Assembly (NCBI GenBank): GCA_022793875.1
Contig: JAAWDR010000002.1
Location: 2,399-66,398, forward strand
DNA length: 64,000 nucleotides
Source of the DNA: Clostridia bacterium
Lineage (GTDB): Bacteria > Bacillota > Clostridia > TANB77 > CAG-508
Direction: 5' to 3'
In this document: positions 50,933 through 61,109 of the stretch, piece by piece
Layout of the letters: each line of letters begins with the position of its first letter
Numbering within the stretch: position 1 is the stretch's first letter
Translations under genes and position numbers: made by a program
Notes under the pieces: model-generated
The model's input: the letters and a program-made list of their open reading frames with translations, nothing else
Told to the model about the DNA's origin: nothing
Databases searched by the model: none

Positions 50933-50963
50933 TGTCCCATTAGTAATATTTATCCCTGGGACA
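50933..50963. repeat. short REP-like hairpin (TGTCCCA-N17-TGGGACA)
   Basis: 7-bp GC-rich stem sharing the GGGACA core, just upstream of the TPR gene. Confidence 0.5.
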
Positions 50964-51024
50964 GTTTTAATTTCCCTACTATTTTATTGCATTTTTTATT
51001 ATTTGTCTAGTATTTTTTAACTAT

Positions 51025-52086
51025 TTATTTATAAACTCTAGGTACTCTTTTCCCAATAGAACACAAAATTTCATTAGGAACAGTCCTCAAATAATCAGCA
51101 ACATATTTAATATGTTCAACATCTTTTAGAATTTCAACTTCATCATACAATTTCACAGAATCATCTATTTTTACAAACAACATGTCCATACAAACATTTC
51201 CAACAATAGGATATTCTCTTCCATTTATAAATACATTTCTTCCCTTATTTTGACGACTAATACCATCTGCATATCCAATTGCAACAACTGCAATTCTTTC
51301 GTTTTCCTTTGCCTTATAGACACCATCATATCCAACTGTTTCACCTGATTTCAAACTATTAATTTGGATAATTTGACTTTTCAATGAAAAAGTCGATTCT
51401 AATTTCAATTCTTTTTTATTTGTAAATCCATACATTATAAGACCAAGTCTACATCCATTTATATTTTGTGGTTTCTCATAATTACTCATAGCATCACTTG
51501 CTGATGTATGAATAATCTTTATTTTTTCTAATGGAATTGAACTTGTAATCTCATAAAATCTACTAACCTGATTATTATATATTTCTTCCTCACTAGCTTT
51601 ATACATATGTGTATAAATACCCTCTATATTAATTTTTTGTTTTTTTGCAATCTCATATACTTTCTTTAATTGCTCTTTTTCATTTATTCCCAATCTATTC
51701 ATTCCAGTATTAAGTTTTATATGGGCATTTAAACCTTCTATATTCAAATTTTCTAATTCTTTCATGTATTGCAAAGAAGATATTGTAATTGTAATATTCT
51801 GTTCTTTACAAATGTGTATGTAATCAATTGCAATTACTCCCATACACAAAATTGGTATATCTTTTATTTCTTTTCTAATTTCTATCGCTTCATCTAATGT
51901 TGCTACACTTAAATAATTACATCCTCCCCTTATTACTGCTTTTACTGTCTTTAAATCACTATGTCCATAACAATCTGCCTTTACAACTCCAAAATAATAT
52001 TTGTAATCACTATGATTTTCTATAACCTTTTTTACATTATTTTCTATATTTTGTAAATTAACTTCTAAAAAAGTATTTCTATACAT
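51025..52086 (-). CDS. alr: alanine racemase
   Basis: VVKADCYGHS (PLP-Lys region), full-length Alr-like. Start set at ATG 52086, downstream of AAGGAGGA. Confidence 0.9.
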   Translation of the reverse strand: MYRNTFLEVNLQNIENNVKKVIENHSDYKYYFGVVKADCYGHSDLKTVKAVIRGGCNYLSVATLDEAIEIRKEIKDIPILCMGVIAIDYIHICKEQNITITISSLQYMKELENLNIEGLNAHIKLNTGMNRLGINEKEQLKKVYEIAKKQKINIEGIYTHMYKASEEEIYNNQVSRFYEITSSIPLEKIKIIHTSASDAMSNYEKPQNINGCRLGLIMYGFTNKKELKLESTFSLKSQIIQINSLKSGETVGYDGVYKAKENERIAVVAIGYADGISRQNKGRNVFINGREYPIVGNVCMDMLFVKIDDSVKLYDEVEILKDVEHIKYVADYLRTVPNEILCSIGKRVPRVYK

Positions 52087-52124
52087 CTTTTGCTTATCCT
52101 CCTTATACACTCTATCTTATAAAT

Positions 52125-52634
52125 TTACAAATTAGAATATATCTTATAATCTCTAAGAATTTTTCTTACATAATTATTTGTCTCTTTATATGGAATATTT
52201 TCTATATCAGATCCATCTGATTTTATTATTCCTTTTTCTATCCAATTATTTACTGTACCAATACCTGCATTATATGCAGTTACAGCTAATTCTATATTTT
52301 GATATCTATCTATTAAATCAGACAAATATTTTGTTCCTAAATTTATATTTATCTCTACATCAAGTAACTTTTGTTCTATTTTATCATCATCTATTTGTAG
52401 ATTAATTTTTTGACTTACTTCTTTTGCTGTATCTTTCATCAATTGCATTAGTCCCATTGCATCTTTACTTGATTTAGCATCATTTTTAAAATTACTCTCT
52501 GCCTTAATTACTGCATAAATTAAATTTTCATCTATATTATATTCATTAGCATATTTTGTAACATATTCAGAATATTGCTTTTTATATACAATTTTTTGTA
52601 TTTTGGTTGGAATATCAATAAATATTACTATCAT
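52125..52634 (-). CDS. lytic transglycosylase (SLT domain)
   Basis: AVIKAESNF..DAMGLMQLM..AYNAG. The frame stays open upstream through a KKK plus hydrophobic segment with no ATG (see findings). Confidence 0.85.
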   Translation of the reverse strand: MIVIFIDIPTKIQKIVYKKQYSEYVTKYANEYNIDENLIYAVIKAESNFKNDAKSSKDAMGLMQLMKDTAKEVSQKINLQIDDDKIEQKLLDVEININLGTKYLSDLIDRYQNIELAVTAYNAGIGTVNNWIEKGIIKSDGSDIENIPYKETNNYVRKILRDYKIYSNL

Positions 52635-52713
52635 ACTTATAATAAATAATACTAATAGAATAATTAATGTCTTTTTCTTTATAATAACTATTTCAAACTA
52701 CTCCTTTCATATC

Positions 52714-52765
52714 TGCAAAGTATTTATATTATAGGAAGTTCGAAGAACTTTCCTATAATATAAAT
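52714..52765. repeat. 52-nt palindromic element, copy 2
   Basis: TGCAAAGTATTTATATTATAGGAAGTTCGAAGAACTTTCCTATAATATAAA, 22 nt downstream of the polA stop. Confidence 0.85.
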
Positions 52766-52786
52766 AGAACTATCTTTAATAATATA

Positions 52787-55529
52787 CTATTTGCATTCAT
52801 ACCAATTTTCTGCCTCTGAAACATCTGCTATTAGTGGAACTTTTAAACTTATTGCATTTTCCATTTCTGTTTTTATTATTTTTTTAACTTCTTCTATTTC
52901 TTCAATAGGCACTTCAATCATCATTTCATCATGCACCTGTAATACAATCTTAGACTTCAACTGCAAACTCTTTAATTTATTATACACATTTATCATAGCT
53001 ATTTTCATTATATCTGCTGCTGTCCCTTGTATTGGTGTATTCATAGCTGCTCTTGATCCAAATTGTCTTACCATATAATTATTTGATTTTAGTTCTGGTA
53101 TATATCTTCTTCTATTGAATAATGTCTCTACATATCCTATTTCTTTTGCTTTTTCTGTTACATCATCCATAAAGTTTTTAATTCCTTTATATTCAACTAA
53201 ATATTCATCAATATATTGTTTTGCTTTTTTTCTTGATATTCCTAGTTGCTCTCCTAATCCAAAGTCACTTATTCCATATACTATTCCAAAATTTACTGCT
53301 TTTGCATTACTTCTTTGTTCTTTTGTTACTTCATCTATTGGTGTTTTGAAAACTTTTGATGCTGCTTGTTTATGGATATCTTGATTTTCTTTAAATGCTT
53401 GAACCATATGTGTATCTTCTGACATATGTGCCAATACTCTTAATTCTATTTGTGAATAATCTGCATCTATATATACTTTTCCTTGTTCTGGCTTAAATAT
53501 TTTTCTTACTTGTTTCCCTAATTCAAATCTTGTAGGTATGTTTTGTAAGTTTGGCTCTGTTGAACTTATTCTTCCTGTGGCTGTTATCGTTTGATGGAAA
53601 AATGAGTGTATTCTTTTTGTTTTTGGATTTATATATTGTTTTAATCCTTCTACATATGTTGAGTTTAACTTCATTAATTGTCTATAATCTAATATTTCTG
53701 CTATTATTGGATCTTCTGATTTCAATTTTTCTAATACATCTACATCTGTTGAATATCCACTTTTAGTTTTCTTTACAACTGGCAATTTCATTTTTTCAAA
53801 TAAGATTTCTCCTAATTGCTTTGTTGAGTTTATATTGAATTCTTCTCCAGCCATTTCATATATCATTTTTGTTTTTATTTCTAGTTGTTCTTTTAATTTA
53901 TCTCCAAATCTGTTTAATTCTTCTTCATCTGCATACATTCCATTCCATTGCATATCTGCTAATACTGTTACTGTTGGCATATCTATATTATTAAATAAAT
54001 CAATTGCTTTTATTTCTTCTAGTTTTTTTGTTGTTACTTCTTGTAATTTACAAATTAAATATGAATAAAAAGTATATATTTTTTCATCTGACTTATTTTT
54101 CTTTTGCTTTTCTTCTTCATCATTTTTGCTAATTTCATCAAACAAATTAATTTGTTCTGCTTTTTTGTTTTGATTTTCCCCTAAAACTCGACTCACATCT
54201 ATTTCTAAATATTGTTCTGCCAAATTTTCTATTTTCAATTTGTTATCTGTAGGATTTAAAATATATGCAGCTATTGAAGCATCAAATTTTATCCCTTTTA
54301 AATCAATATTTTCCTGTTTTAATAATATATAAGTTTTACTTAAGTCTATTCCTATTTTTGATATTTCTTCATTTTCAAAAATTTCTTTTAGTTCTTGAAT
54401 TCTTTCACTTTCTTTTAACTCTATATAATATGCTTGATTATCTTCTTTATTAAAGATAGCTACTCCATCTATTTTTTCTTTTACTATTTTTTCATCATTT
54501 TCATCTTTTGAAATATTTATATAAAAATTCATTTCTTTTTGTTTTTGTAAAATACTTTTAACTTCTAAAATTGTCTTACTCTCAATCTTATAAGTCTCTT
54601 CTACTTTATTAATTTCCGCCTTACTATTTCCGACCTTCAACATCTAATAAATTAAATCTTTCGATATATCTTTTAAAATTTAATTCTTTAAATATCTCTA
54701 ATACTTTTTGCTTGTCCCATTCTTCTACTTTTAATTCTTCTAATGTATCTTCAATAGGAACTTCTATATTTATTTCTCCTAATGTTCTTGAAAGATATGC
54801 TAATTCTTTATTTTGCTCTAAATTCTCTTTTTGTTTTCCTTTAAAGCTTGAATCACCTTCTTCTAGTTTTTGATATAGCTTGTCTATTGTTTCAAATTTT
54901 TGAATTAGCGAAAGTGCTGTTTTTTCTCCTATTCCTGGTACTCCTGGTATATTGTCTGATGTATCTCCTTGTAGTCCTTTTACTTCTATTAATTGTTTTG
55001 GCTCTATTCCATACACTTCTTTTACTTTTTCTCTATCAAAAATTTCTGTTTCTGTTTTTCCTGCCTTTGTTCTTGGAATGTGTATTTTTACATTATCTGT
55101 TGCTAATTGGAAAGTATCTCTATCTCCTGAAAGTATTATTACTTCTAACCCCTTTTTCTCTCCATATCTTGATAATGTTCCTATTATATCATCACCTTCA
55201 TAACCTTCTTTTTCTATTATATCAATATTCATCGCTCTTAAAACATCTTTAATAATAGGCATTTGCTCTGCAAGTTCATTTGGCATTCCATGTCTATTGG
55301 CTTTATATCCTTCATACATTTCATGTCTTGCTGTTGGTCCCTTTAGGTCAAAGGATACTCCTAAATATTCAGGATTTTCATCTTCCATTAATTTAAATAA
55401 TATAGCTAAAAAACCATATACTGCATTTGTATATTTTCCATCTTTTGTTGTTAGGGCTTTACTTCCCATTATCCCATAAAAGGCTCTATTCATTATGCTA
55501 TTTCCGTCTATTAAAATTAATTTTTTCAT
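52787..55529 (-). pseudogene. polA: DNA polymerase I, split between the 5'-3' exonuclease and polymerase parts by a +1 frameshift
   Basis: ORF 54624..55529 (LILIDGNSIMNRAFY.., 5'-nuclease/H3TH). ORF 52787..54643 (family A motifs DYSQIELRVLAH, RSNAKAVNFGIVYG, QVHDE). 20-nt overlap containing GGT-CGG-AAA (CGG 54632-54630). No RBS before the internal ATG. Confidence 0.85.
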
Positions 55530-55642
55530 TTTTACTCTCTTTCCTTTTTTAAACTTTTATATGTCATAAAGATATATTAACAGATATTAATATTATATAA
55601 TACTTTGTTTTAACTATTTGAAATTACTTATTTTACTTTATA

Positions 55643-57142
55643 CTAATACATATATATTTTTACAAATATAATATCTTCTATGCATTGGTATTCCATATCT
55701 TCTTTTATTTTATCATATAATTCCTGTTTTTCTTCTGTAAGTTCTATTTTTTTTAATTTTCTATTTGTATAAAAATTTATTGCCCCATCTGCTGCCCAAC
55801 TTGTTCTCAATGCATTATGCGTAAAAGATGTTTTGTTTTTAACATTTTCAAAATATGCTTTTTCCATATTATCTAATATTGGCAATATTACTATCTTATC
55901 TACATTTATTCCTGTGCTGTTTTCATATTCCTCAACATATTTTTCTAAGATATTTATTTCTTTCTTTTCTAGAATATTTACTTGTTTATGTTGTATCATT
56001 ATATTTTCATAATTAATTATATTTATTATTACATATGACACAAATGTCAAACATAATATTACATTTATTTTTCCATTTTTCTCAAATAAATCTGTTTCAA
56101 CATATATAAAAATAAATATTATCCCTACTAATGCACCTAATGCATTTCGTAATCTTCCTGTATAAAAGCTTGTTAATGTTAGTATATATGTTACCATACT
56201 ACCAGCTATAACTACCACTACTATAGCTATGTATTTATATAATAAATTTCTTTTCTCTTTTATTTTTTTTATTTGATAAATTATTATAACTGCTGTTAAT
56301 ATACTTATAAATATCAGTAACATATTTTTAGGAAACAAATTGCATGTTTCTTGTAATATATTTGGTAAATTATTAATTATTATTCTTATATTTTTAAAAA
56401 TATCTGTTACATTTCCTAGTCTATTTTGTTGCATTCCAAAAATATTCCCTATTATTTTTACCATTATTATGTTTAATAAAACTGATATAAATGCTATAAT
56501 TCCACATTTTACCATATCAATAATTACTTGTTTAAAATTATTTTTATTTTTCAGAATTGTGAATAATATTACAAATGCAAAAAACATTCCTACTGTTCCT
56601 TGATAACACATTATCCCTGTAATTATTAAAATTAAACTTTTTATAATATAATTTTTATTCCTTTGTACCAATATATTAGCTGATATTAAAAATAACAGAA
56701 TACTTGCTGACATTACAACACTTTCAACAAAATACATATCTTCTAAATACATAAAATTAAATATTGTAATATAACTTATACATAATAAAATAGTCTCCTG
56801 TAATTTATTATTTGGATTTTTATACTTTTTTATTATTTTACTTAGTAATATTACTGTAATATTTGATATTATTAAAGCTATAAATAATGTTATAAAAACA
56901 TAGCTTTCAATTGGTAAATTAATTTTATAAGCTATTAATCCTATTATGGCCATAAAAATTCTTCCATCTTTTAATGACCAATTTATTGCATACTCTCTAT
57001 ATCCTATATTTGCTATATTATATGTATCTGTTGCATAATGTCCTGATAAAAATGGTATAAAAATTATACATGTTATTACAAATATAGCAATAAATATTTT
57101 AGCACTTTGGGCTTGTACTATTTTATCTTCCTTCATAATCAC
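55643..57142 (-). CDS. polytopic membrane protein, GtrC/Glucos_trans_II-like GT-C glycosyltransferase
   Basis: 499 aa, more than 10 hydrophobic helices. N-terminal ..HYATDTYNIA..DGRIF.. pattern and a soluble C-terminal domain. Confidence 0.5.
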   Translation of the reverse strand: MIMKEDKIVQAQSAKIFIAIFVITCIIFIPFLSGHYATDTYNIANIGYREYAINWSLKDGRIFMAIIGLIAYKINLPIESYVFITLFIALIISNITVILLSKIIKKYKNPNNKLQETILLCISYITIFNFMYLEDMYFVESVVMSASILLFLISANILVQRNKNYIIKSLILIITGIMCYQGTVGMFFAFVILFTILKNKNNFKQVIIDMVKCGIIAFISVLLNIIMVKIIGNIFGMQQNRLGNVTDIFKNIRIIINNLPNILQETCNLFPKNMLLIFISILTAVIIIYQIKKIKEKRNLLYKYIAIVVVVIAGSMVTYILTLTSFYTGRLRNALGALVGIIFIFIYVETDLFEKNGKINVILCLTFVSYVIINIINYENIMIQHKQVNILEKKEINILEKYVEEYENSTGINVDKIVILPILDNMEKAYFENVKNKTSFTHNALRTSWAADGAINFYTNRKLKKIELTEEKQELYDKIKEDMEYQCIEDIIFVKIYMY

Positions 57143-57393
57143 AATATTCCTTTTGCTCTACAAATTCATTTCTATTCAATAAATATCCATCCTCTATAAT
57201 TGGCTTTATATTTCCTGAAAAATTTTCTATATAATCATTTTTTTCTTCTACTGTTTCAATCAAATATTCTTCTCCATCAGTATTTTGTATTTCTATAATC
57301 TATTTTCATGGTTATATATATTGTTAATACAATAAAACTCATAATTTTTAGACTCATATTCTATCTTTCCTTCAATTATTTTTTCCACCTTAT

Positions 57394-58344
57394 CTAATTC
57401 TTTTTTTCCATAATTTGCTTATTTTCAAAGAAAACTTCATTAAAAATCACTTTATCTATTCCTTTGTTTTGGTATTCTTTTAATAGGAATATATTATCAA
57501 TTCTAAAAGTATTATTTTCTAAAATCTTACCATCAAAAAATCCTATTTTTTCTTCTTTAAGCATAATTACTTTTATATTCTTTGCATTTTCTTTTATATA
57601 TCTTTCTAATAATTTATTTAGTATTTCTTTGTCCAATTCTTTCTTGTTTTCTTCTTTATATTTTTCCTTTTTAATATTGTATATAAAGTTTATTTCTTCC
57701 TTATTTTCTCTTTTTAGTGGTCTAAAATCGAGATTTGGTATTGTATCTGACAGTCTTATTCTTCGTTCTGTATCCCTGTTAGCTCTAGCACTTTCTTCTT
57801 TATCTTTTTTTTGGTGTGCAGATTTTGACATTTCCTCTGAAAAAATACATCCACAATACTTTTGCATATATAGGCCTAATTCTCTAGCCTTTGCTTGTCC
57901 CTCTCTAAAACCAACTCTAAAATCTCTATACAAAAAATTCAATCCATATTTTTTCGCAATTTCTTCAGCTTGCTTTTTTAATATCTCATGTTTTTGATAT
58001 GGACTTACTAACAAAGTTGTAGTAATTGCATCATATTCATTTTCTTTTGCATATTTTGCAGTTTTCTCTAATCTTACTCTATAGCAATAATTTTGACATC
58101 TATTATTTAAATCTTCTATTACATTTTTGCAAAATTCTTCTAATCCATAGTTTTCTTCAAATATTGCTTCTACATTTATACTTTGTGCATATTCTTTTAA
58201 TGTATCTCTTCTTGCTTTATATTCCATATATGGATGTATATTAGGATTAAACCAATATAATGTAGGTTCAATCCCTTCTTCTCTTAATGAATCTATACAA
58301 TATACACTACATGGAGCACAACATGTATGCATTAATAACTTCAT
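57394..58344 (-). CDS. queH: epoxyqueuosine reductase QueH fused to a C-terminal GNAT-like domain
   Basis: DUF208/QueH N-terminus MKLLMHTCCAPCSVYC..YWFNPNIHPYMEY..KYCGCIFSE. The ~130-aa tail ends with ..IDNIFLLKEYQNKGIDKVI (GNAT-like beta4-alpha3). Confidence 0.8.
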   Translation of the reverse strand: MKLLMHTCCAPCSVYCIDSLREEGIEPTLYWFNPNIHPYMEYKARRDTLKEYAQSINVEAIFEENYGLEEFCKNVIEDLNNRCQNYCYRVRLEKTAKYAKENEYDAITTTLLVSPYQKHEILKKQAEEIAKKYGLNFLYRDFRVGFREGQAKARELGLYMQKYCGCIFSEEMSKSAHQKKDKEESARANRDTERRIRLSDTIPNLDFRPLKRENKEEINFIYNIKKEKYKEENKKELDKEILNKLLERYIKENAKNIKVIMLKEEKIGFFDGKILENNTFRIDNIFLLKEYQNKGIDKVIFNEVFFENKQIMEKKN

Positions 58345-58398
58345 ATTCTTCCTCTTTTCTATTACTTTATTTATTATTATTTTATTTAAATTAATTGT

Positions 58399-58607
58399 TT
58401 TTAGATATGTTTATATAGAAATATTTGTAAAGTATCGAATGTAATTGGAATATATTTAGAAATTCTTTTGAAATATTATGAGGAATGTTCGCGTCGAACG
58501 TTAGTGAGGATTAAGTGAAAGAGGCTCATAATATTTCATTAGAATTTTTTAATATATATAATGATACTGAGATACAAGCAAATATTTCTATATAAACATA
58601 TCTAAAA
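58399..58607. repeat. ~209-nt foldback element upstream of queH
   Basis: Perfect 29-nt terminal inverted repeats TTTTAGATATGTTTATATAGAAATATTTG (58399-58427 / 58579-58607). The inner arms are also complementary. GC-rich centre GTTCGCGTCGAAC. Confidence 0.85.
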
Positions 58608-58621
58608 TTTAAAATTACAAA

Positions 58622-60169
58622 TTATAAGAAATCATAATAATCCATATTTACAACAATAACCTCATCTAGTTCTGTAATCCACTCAGCTCTAATTTCTTCA
58701 TCAGACTCTCTAAGCATTTTATAAACTTCTTTTGCCTGTTCTTCTGTTATATATAAAAACTCATATCCTTGTTCATTTATAAACTTTGTAGTTTCTATTT
58801 GATATTCTTCAAAAGCAAATGCTCCCCATTCCATCACAGAATTACCATTATCAAGATTAATTAAATATCTCTTTTTTACATTTTTGCTATTTGCTATACA
58901 TAGTATAGGCTTATTTTTATAATCACAATTTTTCATTACATTTATTGCAATATCATTTGCAACAAATTTTTCTTTTTCATCTCTTTTATAATCATTATAA
59001 AAATATTGATTCAATGTTCTAGTTTGAATTATTATTAACATTACTGCAACTAATCTTATAATATATTTTAAATACCTTCTACTATTAAAACTTTCATATA
59101 TATATAATCCTAAAAATGCTGTCGTTATAATCCAAGAGAACTGAATTCTATATAAAACTGCTACTAATAAAAATATTAGTATAAAGTTCGAAAATATTGT
59201 TCCTAAAACCATAATCATTCTTGATACTTTATCTGTTTTTATCATTTTTATACATTCTAATACTATTGTTAAAACACTCATTATTGCAAATACCGCTACT
59301 GGTAAATATTCATATATATGCACAAAAATCTCTAATAATGTTTTTTCATAAAATCCTTCTGCTTTTTCTATTAAAGACATTTCTTTAAATTCTTCACTTG
59401 TCCAAAATGATTTACTATATGCAAAATTCTTATTTAATATATCATTTTTCTCTAATATATATATAAGTATTTTTCCTGTTACAAAATATACTGCAATTCC
59501 TATAATTAACACCATAATACTTAAACAAAAATATTTAAATAATTTCTTATTTGATATTTTTTCTTGTGTTATTTTTATAAACATTGTAATAAATAAAAAT
59601 ACAATATATGTTTGTGCACATGATTCATACATAGATATTGGTATTGTAAGTATCAATCCACACACTATATTTATAAATTTCTTATTTTCTCCAAAATAGT
59701 TTTCAAATATTACAATTCCACATATTAATGTAATTAAATTGCTTACAACTATTGTTAAATTTGTAGATTGAAAAATAAAAAATTGATTTATTAATGGATT
59801 TGATATTAATAAACTAGAAAATATTACATATCCCCATATTCCAATTTTATCTTTGTATTGTTTTCTAATAAATGCACACAAAACTACTGCTATTATTACC
59901 ATAAAAATAGCTACAATTGCATCCAACCAAAATGGTGTAAATTCATTAATTTGTAAAACATTATATAAAAGCCAAGTTCCCCATCTTTTAGCTGATAATA
60001 TATATGTTCCATGTACATACCTATCAAAGGCTAAATCATCAATTCCTATTGAATAATGTGTTACTGTAAAACCATAACTTAAAATTGCTACTATTATTAT
60101 TGTTATTAAATATTTTTTGCTATTAATAAAATATTTAATTTCCTCTTTATAATCATTTAATATTTTCAT
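58622..60169 (-). CDS. polytopic membrane protein, GtrC/Glucos_trans_II-like GT-C glycosyltransferase (paralog)
   Basis: 515 aa. N-terminal ..HYSIGIDDLAFDRY..KRWG.. pattern, many TM helices, soluble C-terminal domain. Confidence 0.5.
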   Translation of the reverse strand: MKILNDYKEEIKYFINSKKYLITIIIVAILSYGFTVTHYSIGIDDLAFDRYVHGTYILSAKRWGTWLLYNVLQINEFTPFWLDAIVAIFMVIIAVVLCAFIRKQYKDKIGIWGYVIFSSLLISNPLINQFFIFQSTNLTIVVSNLITLICGIVIFENYFGENKKFINIVCGLILTIPISMYESCAQTYIVFLFITMFIKITQEKISNKKLFKYFCLSIMVLIIGIAVYFVTGKILIYILEKNDILNKNFAYSKSFWTSEEFKEMSLIEKAEGFYEKTLLEIFVHIYEYLPVAVFAIMSVLTIVLECIKMIKTDKVSRMIMVLGTIFSNFILIFLLVAVLYRIQFSWIITTAFLGLYIYESFNSRRYLKYIIRLVAVMLIIIQTRTLNQYFYNDYKRDEKEKFVANDIAINVMKNCDYKNKPILCIANSKNVKKRYLINLDNGNSVMEWGAFAFEEYQIETTKFINEQGYEFLYITEEQAKEVYKMLRESDEEIRAEWITELDEVIVVNMDYYDFL

Positions 60170-61109
60170 GATCTATTTTGTCTCCTAAAATTTCTTCCTT
60201 TATAATATACTGTGGTCTGCCTTTTATTTCTAAATATATTTTTCCTACATATTCTGATAAAATTCCTATTGTTACTAATTGAATTCCTCCTATAAATAAT
60301 ACAGATGTTATTGTTGATGCATATCCAGGCACATCCTTTCCTGATATTAATGTTTGAATAACTATTTGAATTGCCAATATTAATGATACTATAGATATTA
60401 TAATTCCACTAATAGTTGCTATTCTTAATGGTTTTACTGTAAATGATGTTATTCCTTCTATTGCATATTTTGTTAGTCCTTTAAAACTCCACTTCGTTTT
60501 CCCAGCAACTCTTTCTTTATTTTCAACTTCTATATACTTTGTTTTAAAACCTACCCAACTAAAAATTCCTTTTGAAAATCTATTATACTCTTTTAGTTGT
60601 AATATTGCATCAACTACTTGTCTTGTCATCAATCTAAAATCTTGTGAACCTTCTTTTATTTCTATATTGTTTGCACCTTGCATTAATCTATAAAATGTTT
60701 TTGCAAAAAAAGATTTTACTTTTGGTTCTTTTTTTCTATTTCTTATAGTAGTTACTGTATCATATCCTTCTTCTATATATTTTAGCATTTCTATTATAAC
60801 TTTAGGTTCATTTTGCAAATCTGCATCCATAATAACTGCAAAATCCCCATTAGAAGCTGAAAGCCCTGCATAAATTCCAGCTTCCTTTCCAAAATTTCTT
60901 GAAAAACTTATTATATTTATTTTCTCATCTACTTTATGCATATTTTTTAACACATCTAAAGTATTATCTTTACTTCCATCATCTACAAAAATCAATTCAT
61001 AATCATATTTATCTGTTATTTCTTCTAATACTTTTTTAGTTTCTTTATAAAATATTTCTAATACTTCTTCTTCATTATATGCTGGTACAATTATCGATAC
61101 TTTTTTCAT
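60153..61109 (-). CDS. GT2 polyprenyl-phosphate glycosyltransferase (GtrB/CsbB-like)
   Basis: VSIIVPAYNEEE, DDGSKDNT, MDADLQ (DXD), two C-terminal TM helices. Start set at ATG 61109 behind GAGAGGGA. Confidence 0.85.
   Translation of the reverse strand: MKKVSIIVPAYNEEEVLEIFYKETKKVLEEITDKYDYELIFVDDGSKDNTLDVLKNMHKVDEKINIISFSRNFGKEAGIYAGLSASNGDFAVIMDADLQNEPKVIIEMLKYIEEGYDTVTTIRNRKKEPKVKSFFAKTFYRLMQGANNIEIKEGSQDFRLMTRQVVDAILQLKEYNRFSKGIFSWVGFKTKYIEVENKERVAGKTKWSFKGLTKYAIEGITSFTVKPLRIATISGIIISIVSLILAIQIVIQTLISGKDVPGYASTITSVLFIGGIQLVTIGILSEYVGKIYLEIKGRPQYIIKEEILGDKIDHENIK

Noticed and set aside
54624-54643. polA considered as two naturally separate genes (a 5'-nuclease and a Klenow-like polymerase).
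   Set aside because: No Shine-Dalgarno precedes the internal ATG. The overlap window is only 20 nt and carries the same C-GGA signature as the other frameshifts. It is kept as an alternative in the finding.
58345-58621. A preQ1 riboswitch upstream of queH.
   Set aside because: On either strand I could not find the small hairpin plus the conserved C-rich and A-rich tail expected of a preQ1 aptamer. The region is instead one long foldback. Only an Rfam scan could fully exclude it.
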